From assembly GCA_025839675.1 (NCBI GenBank), contig CP104013.1, positions 1,530,001 to 1,562,000 on the forward strand: 32,000 bases of DNA. Reading direction: 5' to 3'. Positions 23,749-32,000 of the stretch are shown here, piece by piece. Origin of the DNA: Candidatus Lokiarchaeum ossiferum. GTDB lineage: Archaea > Asgardarchaeota > Lokiarchaeia > Sigyniarchaeales > Promethearchaeaceae. Each line of letters starts with the position of its first letter. The stretch's first letter is position 1. Under the pieces are notes generated by a model that saw nothing but the letters and a program-made list of their open reading frames with translations, searched no databases and had not been told where the DNA came from. A program made the position numbers and the translations under genes.

Positions 23749-25209
23749 TTACTCCTTTAATTCCAAATCATCCAGAGCTTTATTACGACGGGTTTGAATT
23801 TCTTTAACTTTTTCCGTATTGAGGGAAAATAAGGACGCAAATACAACCCCGATAATTAATGCACAGGCGGGAAAAATCGACATTAAAAGGCGCAAACCCA
23901 GTTGTTGTTTCGGAGTCACAGCAACCAAATCCACTTCTTCCCACCCATTATATGAGGTAAACACGATATTGATGCAAATAATGATCAAAATAGTAGCTAA
24001 ACGGATGAAGACCGCATGAACTCCAAAAAAGGAAGCTTCCCGTCGCTGATGGGTACGCAACTCATCTTCATCAATAACATTGGAAATATTCCGATCAATA
24101 AAATAGGGGCCACCTCCAAAACCTATTCCAATAAAAGCCATGGCGATCATAGCACCTACATATTCAGTAATGAAATACAATGGAATTAAGGAAACAGCCC
24201 AAAAGATCATACATACGATAAAAGCTTGACGACTACCAATTTTTTTATCCAACCATGACCAAAATAGCACACCGGGGATGGAACATAGAAACACAGTCAC
24301 TAATAACAAGGTCGTTTCAAACGCATTTTTACTTAAATCGAATTGAATGGAGGCATAGATCGGTAAAACCATCGGTAAAATCCCAAAGACATACCAATTC
24401 ATGGTGGAAGCCATTACGATTAAAATAAAATCTTTGTTTTTGAACGTATATTTGAACGAATCAAGCAAGGAAAGGGTTTTTTGTTCTTGAAGTTCTTCCA
24501 AAGGACGTTCCCGAATTCCAGTTTTGATATGCCCTAACATTGTTACTAAAATGCACACCCCAAAGATTGCCCCGCAAAGAATATACTGGCGACGAGTTAT
24601 TGCATCTGTCCCTACTAAATCAGTTATTACTATTCCCGGTAAGGCAAAGGCAACTAGTAATCCAACCACCATTAAAATCCGACGAGAGCGCCCCACTTCT
24701 TCACGAGCTCGATCCGATCGAAACATTTCAGGATAAAGGGAAGTATGATTCAATGAGTAGGTTGTATAGAATGTGTCAAATAAGATCATACTGATCGCCA
24801 TATAAATGGCAATAACAGTATCGCTCCCTTCAATAGGTGTAAAAAGAAACACCATCACAAGCGGTAGAGGAATGATCATAGAAATTATCCAAGGTCGTCG
24901 CCGCCCACCACCAAATTTCTTCGTACGGGTTCTATCAGAGAGAGCACCAAGAATTGGATCATTAAAAGCATTGAAGATCGACCAGATTATGAAGACAATG
25001 GTTACGGTATCAATTGGGAGGCCTATCACAACGGAATAAAAGGTGAAGATTAAAAAGGAAAATCCTTGATAGGCAATTAAATCGGGTATTTCCCCAAGAG
25101 AAAACCCAAGATTCAGTTTTAAGGGAACTTCCCGTCCCGACTTGGGTTCAAGAGTATTACTTTGTGAGTCCATAGTATTATTCAACGGTTGACCTAAAAA
25201 AGACTTCAT
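23749..25209 (-). CDS. MFS transporter, glycoside-pentoside-hexuronide (GPH) cation symporter-like
   Basis: About 12 TM helices. The GPH signature after TM2 is 'NAFNDPILGALSDRTRTKKFGGGRRRPW'. The track start at 25227 is TTG; the first in-frame ATG is at 25209. Confidence 0.85.
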   Translation of the reverse strand: MKSFLGQPLNNTMDSQSNTLEPKSGREVPLKLNLGFSLGEIPDLIAYQGFSFLIFTFYSVVIGLPIDTVTIVFIIWSIFNAFNDPILGALSDRTRTKKFGGGRRRPWIISMIIPLPLVMVFLFTPIEGSDTVIAIYMAISMILFDTFYTTYSLNHTSLYPEMFRSDRAREEVGRSRRILMVVGLLVAFALPGIVITDLVGTDAITRRQYILCGAIFGVCILVTMLGHIKTGIRERPLEELQEQKTLSLLDSFKYTFKNKDFILIVMASTMNWYVFGILPMVLPIYASIQFDLSKNAFETTLLLVTVFLCSIPGVLFWSWLDKKIGSRQAFIVCMIFWAVSLIPLYFITEYVGAMIAMAFIGIGFGGGPYFIDRNISNVIDEDELRTHQRREASFFGVHAVFIRLATILIIICINIVFTSYNGWEEVDLVAVTPKQQLGLRLLMSIFPACALIIGVVFASLFSLNTEKVKEIQTRRNKALDDLELKE

Positions 25210-25250
25210 TTTCAAGATCTGAAACAAAATACCCCTAAAAAGTGATTATA

Positions 25251-25610
25251 TCATTCTTCTTTAGAGGGAGAAAAATCGAGTTTTAGGATGGCCAGTTCTG
25301 ATCCCATTCCTGTATCACGGGTTCCTACGAAAATTTTACTTGGAAGAGGGGAATTTTGATCGGGAGAAAAGATAACAGGGAATGGAAATTTATGGTTATG
25401 AAGAGGCAAAAATTTTCCAGCAGAATTTTTTTGTTCCATCATCACCACATCATTGAATTCTTTCAGCTCAACATAATATGGAATAGCCATGCTGGAACAT
25501 TTTGGGCACCCCGGATAAAACCGAGTTGAGATAAATAAAACAGGTTTGAAGAAGTGTGGGAGATGTTGGAGTAAATATTCTTTTATTTTTCCCATCGCAA
25601 TAAGTTGCAT
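25251..25610 (-). CDS. hypothetical thioredoxin-fold-like protein (CPKC motif)
   Basis: 119 aa with ATG start. 'PVLFISTRFYPGCPKCSSMAIPYYVELKEF' (beta-CxxC-helix) followed by 'FPFPVIFSPD' (cis-Pro-like loop) suggests a thioredoxin fold. The call is weak. Confidence 0.45.
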   Translation of the reverse strand: MQLIAMGKIKEYLLQHLPHFFKPVLFISTRFYPGCPKCSSMAIPYYVELKEFNDVVMMEQKNSAGKFLPLHNHKFPFPVIFSPDQNSPLPSKIFVGTRDTGMGSELAILKLDFSPSKEE

Positions 25611-25696
25611 AATTGATGTGAAAAACCCAAGGGAAAAAAAGATAATGACTTTTAAGGTAGGAAAAGTATTTTGGAGAGAAATGTCATTTCATTTTT

Positions 25697-26329
25697 GTGG
25701 AAAAACCATTTCTTGAGATCTCGGTGGTAAAAACTACAGAAAAAAGATTTCCTCCTGTAGAAATATTGAAACGAATGCAACTTAGTTTTAAAAACCATTT
25801 CAACATCACAGGAAACATTCATAATTTGGATAATAATCCTTATCTACGATTCGTTTTTAATTCGAGAAGCGACTTTGAATTTTTATATGATCAAGATTAT
25901 GAGGCTTATGCATTTTTGTATGACCATATTTTAACCAATGAAATGGACTTCAATTTTATAGAAGAAACAGTGAACCGAAATAAACCATCTGAACCGAAGG
26001 ATGTAGCTGAAAATTATCTCATTTTTCATTACAAATCTAATACAATTGAACCAATGCGTCGTAATTACCGGTTGACTACAAAAATGAATAATTTAATGGG
26101 ACAAAATATTGCTTATGAAGAAATAGAGACGGGGTTTCTCCGTTTTATCCACAGTAAAGAAGATTTTGAAAGTATGTTGGTAATGACCACCAAGAAGAAA
26201 GGATGGGAGGATTATTTTAAATCCAAGCAAATTTCATTGACACACCCTACAATACAGACGTTTTTTGAAATCGTCGATAGATGGGAACAAAAAGTGAGAG
26301 AAAAACATGGAGTTTTACAAAATCCATGA
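25697..26329 (+). CDS. hypothetical protein
   Basis: 210-aa ORF with GTG start (alternative ATG at 25775). Composition is protein-like, and it sits 55 nt upstream of the acyltransferase gene on the same strand. No motif recognised. Confidence 0.5.
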   Translation: MEKPFLEISVVKTTEKRFPPVEILKRMQLSFKNHFNITGNIHNLDNNPYLRFVFNSRSDFEFLYDQDYEAYAFLYDHILTNEMDFNFIEETVNRNKPSEPKDVAENYLIFHYKSNTIEPMRRNYRLTTKMNNLMGQNIAYEEIETGFLRFIHSKEDFESMLVMTTKKKGWEDYFKSKQISLTHPTIQTFFEIVDRWEQKVREKHGVLQNP

Positions 26330-26384
26330 TTAGAGATTTCAAAAAATTCATAAGGAATCATTAACCAAAATAATTTGAAAAAAA

Positions 26385-27683
26385 ATGGAACAGCGCCTTC
26401 TTCATCCCTATGAATCCATGCTGAGTGGTTCTAACATCACACTTGCAGTTCAAATTCAAGGTCAACTTTCCCAAGGGAATCTTCTCCAAGCTCTTCACCA
26501 AACTGCTCTAATACATCCCTATTTACAATATGAAATTTGCATTCACCAACCAGATTCACAGCAAAATACAGCAAAACAATTCTTCCAAAAGAAAAAACCT
26601 CTTGAATTCAACATTCATTCAGAAACTGCACCAGTTACCCAAGATTCGTGGCAGGAGCGGATACAAAAAGTGAGTAGTTCTCCTCAAACAAATATGAATG
26701 CCCTATCTCAGATTCAACTATATTCCGATCCTAATAACAATAACAATGATCTTATCTTGGTGTTTAACCATGCAGGAATTGATGGATTGGGAGTCTTCCA
26801 TGTTTTAGACATTTTACTCCAATCTTTGGCAAAACCATCCGAAGTTTTAGGTAAAAAACGTGTTTTCCAAGACATCATTAGTCGAATCCCTAATAGTTCT
26901 GGAGAAATTCCATATCCTTCCTTACCAAACGATGCTCATCCACCCTTAATGTTTTCTTCAAATTATCCGCCTAACACTCCAGCTCAAATAAAAGGCGTTT
27001 GGGCAGAATTTTCAGAGGATGAAACCAATCAATTACGCCAAATTTGCAGAAAAAATGAGAGCACGATTCAAGCGGTGATTACAACGGTTGAAATGATCGC
27101 CCTTTTAAAATATCTCAGGCAAATTTCACCCTTACCACAAACCATAATCCATATGGCCCCAATCAATATGCGCCCCTTTGTAGAACCGCCATTAGAACGT
27201 GAAGATTGTGTTTGTGGAAGTTCTGCAGTATTATGGTCTCAAAAAATTACATCTACCATGGGATTGTGGGAATGTATACAGGATTCGACAGTCAAACTCA
27301 AACAAGAAATAAATCGAAAAGCAGCCTTACGGTGGTGGTATAATATGGCAAAGGGTGAATTTATCAATCCTTCCACATTTATGGCATCCTCAATTGGAAA
27401 CACTCCAATTAAAAAAACCTATGGAGAATTCACCGTTTCCGCAGTAAAATTAATAGGAGGAGCATATGATAAAGCAATTACAAGTCAAGCAGGATCAATG
27501 GTTCATGCATATACGGTATGCAATCACCTCAATATCACTTTAGCATTTACTAATCCCCCTATATCAAAGGATTGGGGTCAAGGAATATTAGATGATATGG
27601 TTTTTATCATAAAGAATATGCTGAAAATTTCTGATAAAGACCTTGAGATAGGACAGATCCTCCAACTTTTATCACTGAAATGA
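26385..27683 (+). CDS. condensation-domain superfamily acyltransferase (PapA5 / WS-DGAT / NRPS-C-like, HxxxDG)
   Basis: 432 aa. The catalytic motif 'NHAGIDG' is at residues 128-134 (the H129-D133 core maps to nt 26769-26783), in the usual position. The N-terminal 'GQLSQGNLLQALHQTALIHPYLQYEI' block is typical of this superfamily. The later 'ESTIQAVITTVEMIALLKYL...PINMRPFVEPPL' is colinear with the PapA5-type layout as I remember it. Confidence 0.7.
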   Translation: MEQRLLHPYESMLSGSNITLAVQIQGQLSQGNLLQALHQTALIHPYLQYEICIHQPDSQQNTAKQFFQKKKPLEFNIHSETAPVTQDSWQERIQKVSSSPQTNMNALSQIQLYSDPNNNNNDLILVFNHAGIDGLGVFHVLDILLQSLAKPSEVLGKKRVFQDIISRIPNSSGEIPYPSLPNDAHPPLMFSSNYPPNTPAQIKGVWAEFSEDETNQLRQICRKNESTIQAVITTVEMIALLKYLRQISPLPQTIIHMAPINMRPFVEPPLEREDCVCGSSAVLWSQKITSTMGLWECIQDSTVKLKQEINRKAALRWWYNMAKGEFINPSTFMASSIGNTPIKKTYGEFTVSAVKLIGGAYDKAITSQAGSMVHAYTVCNHLNITLAFTNPPISKDWGQGILDDMVFIIKNMLKISDKDLEIGQILQLLSLK

Positions 27684-27687
27684 ACCC

Positions 27688-27700
27688 TTTTTTAATTTTT
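27688..27700 (+). terminator. oligo-T tract
   Basis: T6-AA-T5 starting 5 nt after the stop at 27681-27683. Confidence 0.35.
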
Positions 27701-27808
27701 GCATCCCTTTTTGCTACAATGCCCTTATATTTTGAATTCTAACAATTAATTATTTTTAAAAAAAAAATGCTCGCTTAAATATTTAAATTCCTAGCACAAA
27801 GAAAAGAT

Positions 27809-29221
27809 ATGAAACAAAGTGGCTCTGATCAAGACCCAATCATTCCAAGAAAAGTTCTTATTATCCTCGAGTTAGGGGTGATAATTGTGGGATTTCTCTT
27901 ATTTCTTCGCTTTCATAATCCAGGAGTGATCCTAATTTCAATTGTATTGATGATTATAATTTGGCTATTAGGCAAACGCCCAAAAAAACAACCCTATGAA
28001 TATTTATTTGATCAAAAACAACAAGAAGGAACCCTCCCATACGTTCCAGATACTCGATTCGATCAGCCTTATACCCCTCACCTCCCCAGCCCAGAAAAGG
28101 CAATGATACTTCCCTTTACGACAGAGGGGACCAAAACACGAATATACAAAAATTTCCAAGAAGCGGCTGAATATAATACAGGTTGGTTAAATGCTGAAAC
28201 CCAAACCTTAAATTTGGATACCGAGGATGAAGTTATATTAAGTCATTGGACCCCACTACAAGTGTTACTAAAGAAATCCTTTGGAGATTCCCTGAAATCA
28301 TTTATCATGCTTTGTTTTTATTTCAGTATTTACGCGGTTATTTCCTATTTTGTCACAATGAGAAGTGGAGATGCGAAAGCAGCTCGAGATGCTGCCATGC
28401 AAGCTTTGTTCTTCCCATTATTTCCCTATATTTTGATCTCTTATCGAAGTTTGGATAAGTATATCAAAGCTTTGGGTACGGCGTTCTTCTTAATGGTTGC
28501 AGTATTCATCCCCTTATCAGCAAATGGATTTATTTCGGGAGAAGGAATTCCCTTTTTAAAATACTTCTTATTTATCGATAAATATTTTGAAGGTCTCTCA
28601 GGTTTATTGGCCCAAGCAACAGGCACAGAAACATACATCCAATTTACGAACCGAATGTTAATAATTGTTTTTGCTTTTGAATTCATTCTTATGATTGTGT
28701 ATGCGTTTATTAAGACACGTCCCTACATCCATACAGTAATTTCAAAAAAAGCCATTTTTATTCGTGCTAAAACGAAGAAATCGGTCTTTGAGATAATCAA
28801 ACTGGTTTTTTGGATCATATTCAACCCTTTTAACATCAAACAATATAAAGATATTCGAGATCGGGTGAAATATAATCGCATGACTGCTTTGGAAGGACAT
28901 CATCATGATTTTAGCCGGGTCCCCTATGATTCCATTGAAAAATTGAAAATTCATAAACACAACATAAGAGGCACAGTCTTTTTGCTTATTTTAATGATGG
29001 GAGTTGGAATTTTAACACTCAAATTTTTTATCGGTTTTGGCCTCATTGGAATTGCGATCGTTCTGCTACTTCGAACTATGCGTTTTAATAACACCTATCG
29101 AATCACCTTAGATGTAAAACGATCAAAAGTGGAAGGATCCTGGATATTAAGCCATCAATCGGATATTTTTGAATTTGACAGGGTACCGGAATCTATCACG
29201 CAGTATTTCCGTCAAATATAG
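27809..29221 (+). CDS. polytopic membrane protein of unknown function
   Basis: 470 aa. Two N-terminal TM helices, a central cluster of about 5-6 TM helices and two C-terminal TM helices, separated by soluble segments. No motif recognised. Confidence 0.65.
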   Translation: MKQSGSDQDPIIPRKVLIILELGVIIVGFLLFLRFHNPGVILISIVLMIIIWLLGKRPKKQPYEYLFDQKQQEGTLPYVPDTRFDQPYTPHLPSPEKAMILPFTTEGTKTRIYKNFQEAAEYNTGWLNAETQTLNLDTEDEVILSHWTPLQVLLKKSFGDSLKSFIMLCFYFSIYAVISYFVTMRSGDAKAARDAAMQALFFPLFPYILISYRSLDKYIKALGTAFFLMVAVFIPLSANGFISGEGIPFLKYFLFIDKYFEGLSGLLAQATGTETYIQFTNRMLIIVFAFEFILMIVYAFIKTRPYIHTVISKKAIFIRAKTKKSVFEIIKLVFWIIFNPFNIKQYKDIRDRVKYNRMTALEGHHHDFSRVPYDSIEKLKIHKHNIRGTVFLLILMMGVGILTLKFFIGFGLIGIAIVLLLRTMRFNNTYRITLDVKRSKVEGSWILSHQSDIFEFDRVPESITQYFRQI

Positions 29222-29232
29222 CCCAATTAAGA

Positions 29233-29249
29233 TTTTTTCTTATTTTTTT
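29233..29249 (+). terminator. oligo-T tracts
   Basis: T6-CT-TA-T7 starting 12 nt after the stop at 29219-29221. Confidence 0.35.
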
Positions 29250-29298
29250 CTATTTTTAGCCCGTAAAATCTTTTTAAGAGAGTTTGTTTATTGAGCTT

Positions 29299-29655
29299 AT
29301 GGAAAAAGTGAATCTGACTCAAAAATTCGATCTTTTTTCGGAGTATTTTAATCCTAAAATTGTGGGTGAATTAAACAATCAAGCCGTAAAATTGGTCAAA
29401 TTCAAAGGCCCTTTTGTATGGCATCATCATGAAGCAGAAGACGAACTATTTCTGGTAATTAAAGGAGAAATGAGCATAGAATTTCGGGAAAAGACGATAT
29501 TCTTACATGAAGGAGAATTTTTAGTGGTGCCCCATGGCATTGAACATCGCCCCAACGCCACTGAAGAAGTTCATGTCTTAGTATTCGAACCCCTATCAAC
29601 AATTAATACCGGAAATAAACAAAACAACTTCACAGTGCAATGCGAAAGAATTTAG
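29299..29655 (+). CDS. cupin-domain protein
   Basis: Cupin motifs 'WHHHEAEDELFLVIKGEM' (G(X)5HXH-like) and 'GEFLVVPHGIEHRP'. The track start at 29284 is TTG; the ATG is at 29299. Confidence 0.8.
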   Translation: MEKVNLTQKFDLFSEYFNPKIVGELNNQAVKLVKFKGPFVWHHHEAEDELFLVIKGEMSIEFREKTIFLHEGEFLVVPHGIEHRPNATEEVHVLVFEPLSTINTGNKQNNFTVQCERI

Positions 29656-29755
29656 CCCTGTGTAAAAAACAAATTTTAATGATGTAGATAAAAAATAAGC
29701 CTTTTTTGCCTTTTTTATCACCCAAGACAACAAAAACCTTACCAAAATCAATTTT

Positions 29756-30820
29756 TCACAATGTTGAATAATTCATAAAAGAAGAACCAGGATTTTTTTC
29801 TGTAACCATGCGATCCTTGAAATATGAAGCTAACTTTTCTTCCCACTCGGGAGAATAATAGTATCGACCCCATAATCTTTGTTTAGCTCCGGTTGATAGC
29901 GATAAAAACCAATCAAAGGTCTGCCGCAGACCATCTATTAACCGATAGCGCGGTTTGAACCCAAGTTCTGTAATTGCCTTGATATTAGAGAAAGTCATGG
30001 ATATGGGATATTCATACGGCCATAATCGCCTTTCTAAGGACCAATTTAAAGATAACACATCATTAGATGTGAAGAAAGTATATTTGAACGGGATTTTGCA
30101 CCACCAGCTCACAAGACGCGCAAGCTGAAGACTAGTTATAAATTCTCCTGTCGTGGCATTATATATTTGGCCAATAGAACTCGAGGATTGAGCCGCTAAT
30201 AAACAGAGATCTGCCATATCTTCAGCATGTATCATATCCAAATAAAGGGATTCGGGTGAAAGTAAATATAGCGGTAGCTGGGAAAGAATACGATGAAAAA
30301 AATATGCTTCTTTAAAGGAATAATTATCTGGCCCATAAATATATGTTGGTCGTAAAATGACTACAGGAAATCCAAATTCGTGATAAGCTTTGAGCAAATC
30401 TCGTTCACACATCCGCTTTCCTAAGGGATAGGAAGGTTCTGTGTTATTAATCGGTCCAACAGGATCTGTTTCATAAATAGGGTGAGTTATATAACGCTCA
30501 ATGTGGTTCAAATCATAAACATCGACTGTACTCACATGAATGAACTTTTTTATTCGCCCTTTTAACATACCAAGGAGTTGCTTACTTTCGGTCCCCTTCC
30601 AAGCAATAAAATCGAACACCCAATCAAATTCCTTATCGATTAATACTTGCTGTAAAGCATCCACATGATTGCGATCTAGTTTATGGTGGATCACACCAGA
30701 AGGATAAATAAAAGGTTGATTCCCGCGATTGATGACCGTAATAGCATGGCCTGCCGCGTGCAATTTGAGCAGTAATTGTTTCCCACTAAAACGAGATCCC
30801 CCAATGATTAAAACTTGCAT
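29756..30820 (-). CDS. NAD-dependent epimerase/dehydratase (extended SDR)
   Basis: Rossmann motif 'VLIIGGSRFSGKQLL' and catalytic YxxxK in 'YPLGKRMCE'. The 354-aa length is typical. Confidence 0.85.
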   Translation of the reverse strand: MQVLIIGGSRFSGKQLLLKLHAAGHAITVINRGNQPFIYPSGVIHHKLDRNHVDALQQVLIDKEFDWVFDFIAWKGTESKQLLGMLKGRIKKFIHVSTVDVYDLNHIERYITHPIYETDPVGPINNTEPSYPLGKRMCERDLLKAYHEFGFPVVILRPTYIYGPDNYSFKEAYFFHRILSQLPLYLLSPESLYLDMIHAEDMADLCLLAAQSSSSIGQIYNATTGEFITSLQLARLVSWWCKIPFKYTFFTSNDVLSLNWSLERRLWPYEYPISMTFSNIKAITELGFKPRYRLIDGLRQTFDWFLSLSTGAKQRLWGRYYYSPEWEEKLASYFKDRMVTEKNPGSSFMNYSTL

Positions 30821-30885
30821 GAGGAAATTAAGGATCGAAAACGTTAAAGATTTCCTTTAGCAAAGAAAAATGACAAAGTAAAATT

Positions 30886-31701
30886 TTAAATTCGTTTGGC
30901 ATAGAGCATATAAACACCCATACGACTCCCGAGATCATCTTCCACGAGATACACTGAAAATCCTTTAGAAGTCAAGAATGACTGCATTTCATGATGAAGA
31001 TTTTTACATCCAACAATATGCGTATGCACTTCCATTGAGATTTGTCGAATTAAGGGCCAATGATCTTCTTGAATTCCCGCGATCACTTCTCGCTCAGCAT
31101 TTTCTGCGTCAATTTTCAGAAGATCAATCCGTTTAATATCATGTTCTTCTATAAAGGAAGAAAGAGTTCGTACATGGCATCGAATTTTTTCACTTTGATA
31201 TAATTTTTTGAGACTTCGATTAACAACCCATTTTCGTAAGAATTTCGGAACAATACGGGCCAAGGGATTCGTTTTTACCACCACATCATTATAATTTTCT
31301 AAATATTTTTTTAATTTAAAGTCCCAATCCACGGGATGGGCTGTAGAATCAGCACACACTTTAGGAAAGTAATAAAATTCAATATCTTTCTCTTCATTGG
31401 AAAGACCAACATTAAAAAGGTGGGTAAAATTAGAATCTGATGTGATATTTGCAGATAACACTTTAAAAATCACAGGTACAGGTTCAAATATATAAATATC
31501 TAGATTTTTAGCGCAATTTTGGACAAACCGGGAGAATAAACCAATATTCCCACCAACATCAAAAATGATATCACCATCTGAGATTGAAATTTCATGCTGC
31601 AAATATTGTTTTTCAACATAAATCTCATTATAAACATACAAAGCGGTTAATTTATCTATATAATATAAGGATTCTCCATTAGGTAGGATTAAGTTGTTCA
31701 T
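30886..31701 (-). CDS. FkbM-family SAM-dependent methyltransferase
   Basis: 'IIFDVGGNIGLFS' (SAM motif I) and 'IDLLKIDAENAEREVI' are typical of the FkbM family. The track start at 31734 is TTG; the ATG is at 31701. Confidence 0.85.
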   Translation of the reverse strand: MNNLILPNGESLYYIDKLTALYVYNEIYVEKQYLQHEISISDGDIIFDVGGNIGLFSRFVQNCAKNLDIYIFEPVPVIFKVLSANITSDSNFTHLFNVGLSNEEKDIEFYYFPKVCADSTAHPVDWDFKLKKYLENYNDVVVKTNPLARIVPKFLRKWVVNRSLKKLYQSEKIRCHVRTLSSFIEEHDIKRIDLLKIDAENAEREVIAGIQEDHWPLIRQISMEVHTHIVGCKNLHHEMQSFLTSKGFSVYLVEDDLGSRMGVYMLYAKRI

Positions 31702-31757
31702 TTCTTTTAACCTAAGATTTCCTTGATTTTTCAAAATATAAAGCTATCGATTGAAAT

Positions 31758-32000
31758 TCACTGAAGAGGGGTTATATCAGATTTTTTACTAGGAACCACC
31801 ATGCGATTTGACTTTCTGCGGTTGCATGCTAAGCAAAGTATTTGAATATTATCCACAGTACTTGTTCCACCTCGAGAATAGGGAATAATATGATCATATT
31901 CAATATTTTCTGATGCCCCACAAACTACGCATCGACCTTGATCCCGCTTCCACACACATAGACGAACATAAGCAGGAATATCCCGCCCAGTAGAAATATA
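31758..32000 (-). CDS. HNH endonuclease (N-terminus off window)
   Basis: 'CVVCGASENIEYDHIIPYSRGGTSTVDNIQILCLACNRRKSNR' is the HNH motif. The reading frame stays open upstream of the track's GTG (31955) to base 32000 (YISTGRDIPAYVRLCVWKRDQGRC...), so the gene is probably truncated by the window edge. Confidence 0.8.
   Translation of the reverse strand, partial: YISTGRDIPAYVRLCVWKRDQGRCVVCGASENIEYDHIIPYSRGGTSTVDNIQILCLACNRRKSNRMVVPSKKSDITPLQ

Noticed and set aside
23819-25039. Four + strand ORFs (23819-24019, 24524-24736, 24540-24794, 24806-25039)
   Set aside because: All are antisense to the well-supported 12-TM GPH transporter gene. They are Arg/Pro/Ile-rich, as is typical of antisense readings of membrane-protein genes.
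30886-32000. HNH endonuclease plus adjacent methyltransferase as a restriction-modification or defence pair
   Set aside because: The methyltransferase has FkbM-family (small-molecule/sugar O-methyltransferase) motifs, not DNA MTase motifs (no DPPY/NPPY or PCQ). The HNH gene is truncated, so its context is unknown.

Overview
AT-rich (about 30% GC by eye, not computed), densely coding 32-kb window. I call about 31 protein-coding genes on both strands plus one tRNA-Arg(UCG). I saw no rRNA, CRISPR array, transposase or integrase. The signals look archaeal: a tRNA with encoded CCA followed by an oligo-T tract, A/T-palindromic TATA-like boxes 20-40 nt upstream of start codons, many winged-helix (wHTH) regulators, and PGF-CTERM-like C-terminal tails. 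The mix of TPR, LRR, SBBP beta-propeller and Asn-rich proteins suggests an Asgard (Lokiarchaeia-like) genome, but that taxonomic call is inference only. Recognisable enzymes and transporters: Nudix hydrolase (partial), EamA transporter, HAD hydrolase, two GNAT acetyltransferases, sugar-phosphate nucleotidyltransferase, alpha/beta hydrolase, radical SAM enzyme, RidA, aldo/keto reductase fused to a 2x[4Fe-4S] domain, GPH/MFS transporter, cupin, SDR epimerase, FkbM methyltransferase and HNH endonuclease (partial). Best candidates for undescribed biology: (1) 15954-18896, a tandem paralog pair sharing an uncharacterised acidic ectodomain. One copy is a cell-surface protein; the other is fused through a TM helix to two cytoplasmic wHTH domains, so it may be a membrane-tethered transcription factor. 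(2) A PapA5/condensation-type HxxxDG acyltransferase inside a block of unknown genes (25251-29221). (3) A roughly 170-nt direct repeat plus a GNAT pseudogene remnant bracketing an LRR gene next to the tRNA. (4) A TPR protein with a C-terminal longin/roadblock-like module. (5) A shared 'IPG'-TM-Lys sorting-signal-like tail on two surface proteins. All domain calls come from motif recognition by eye; no searches were run.
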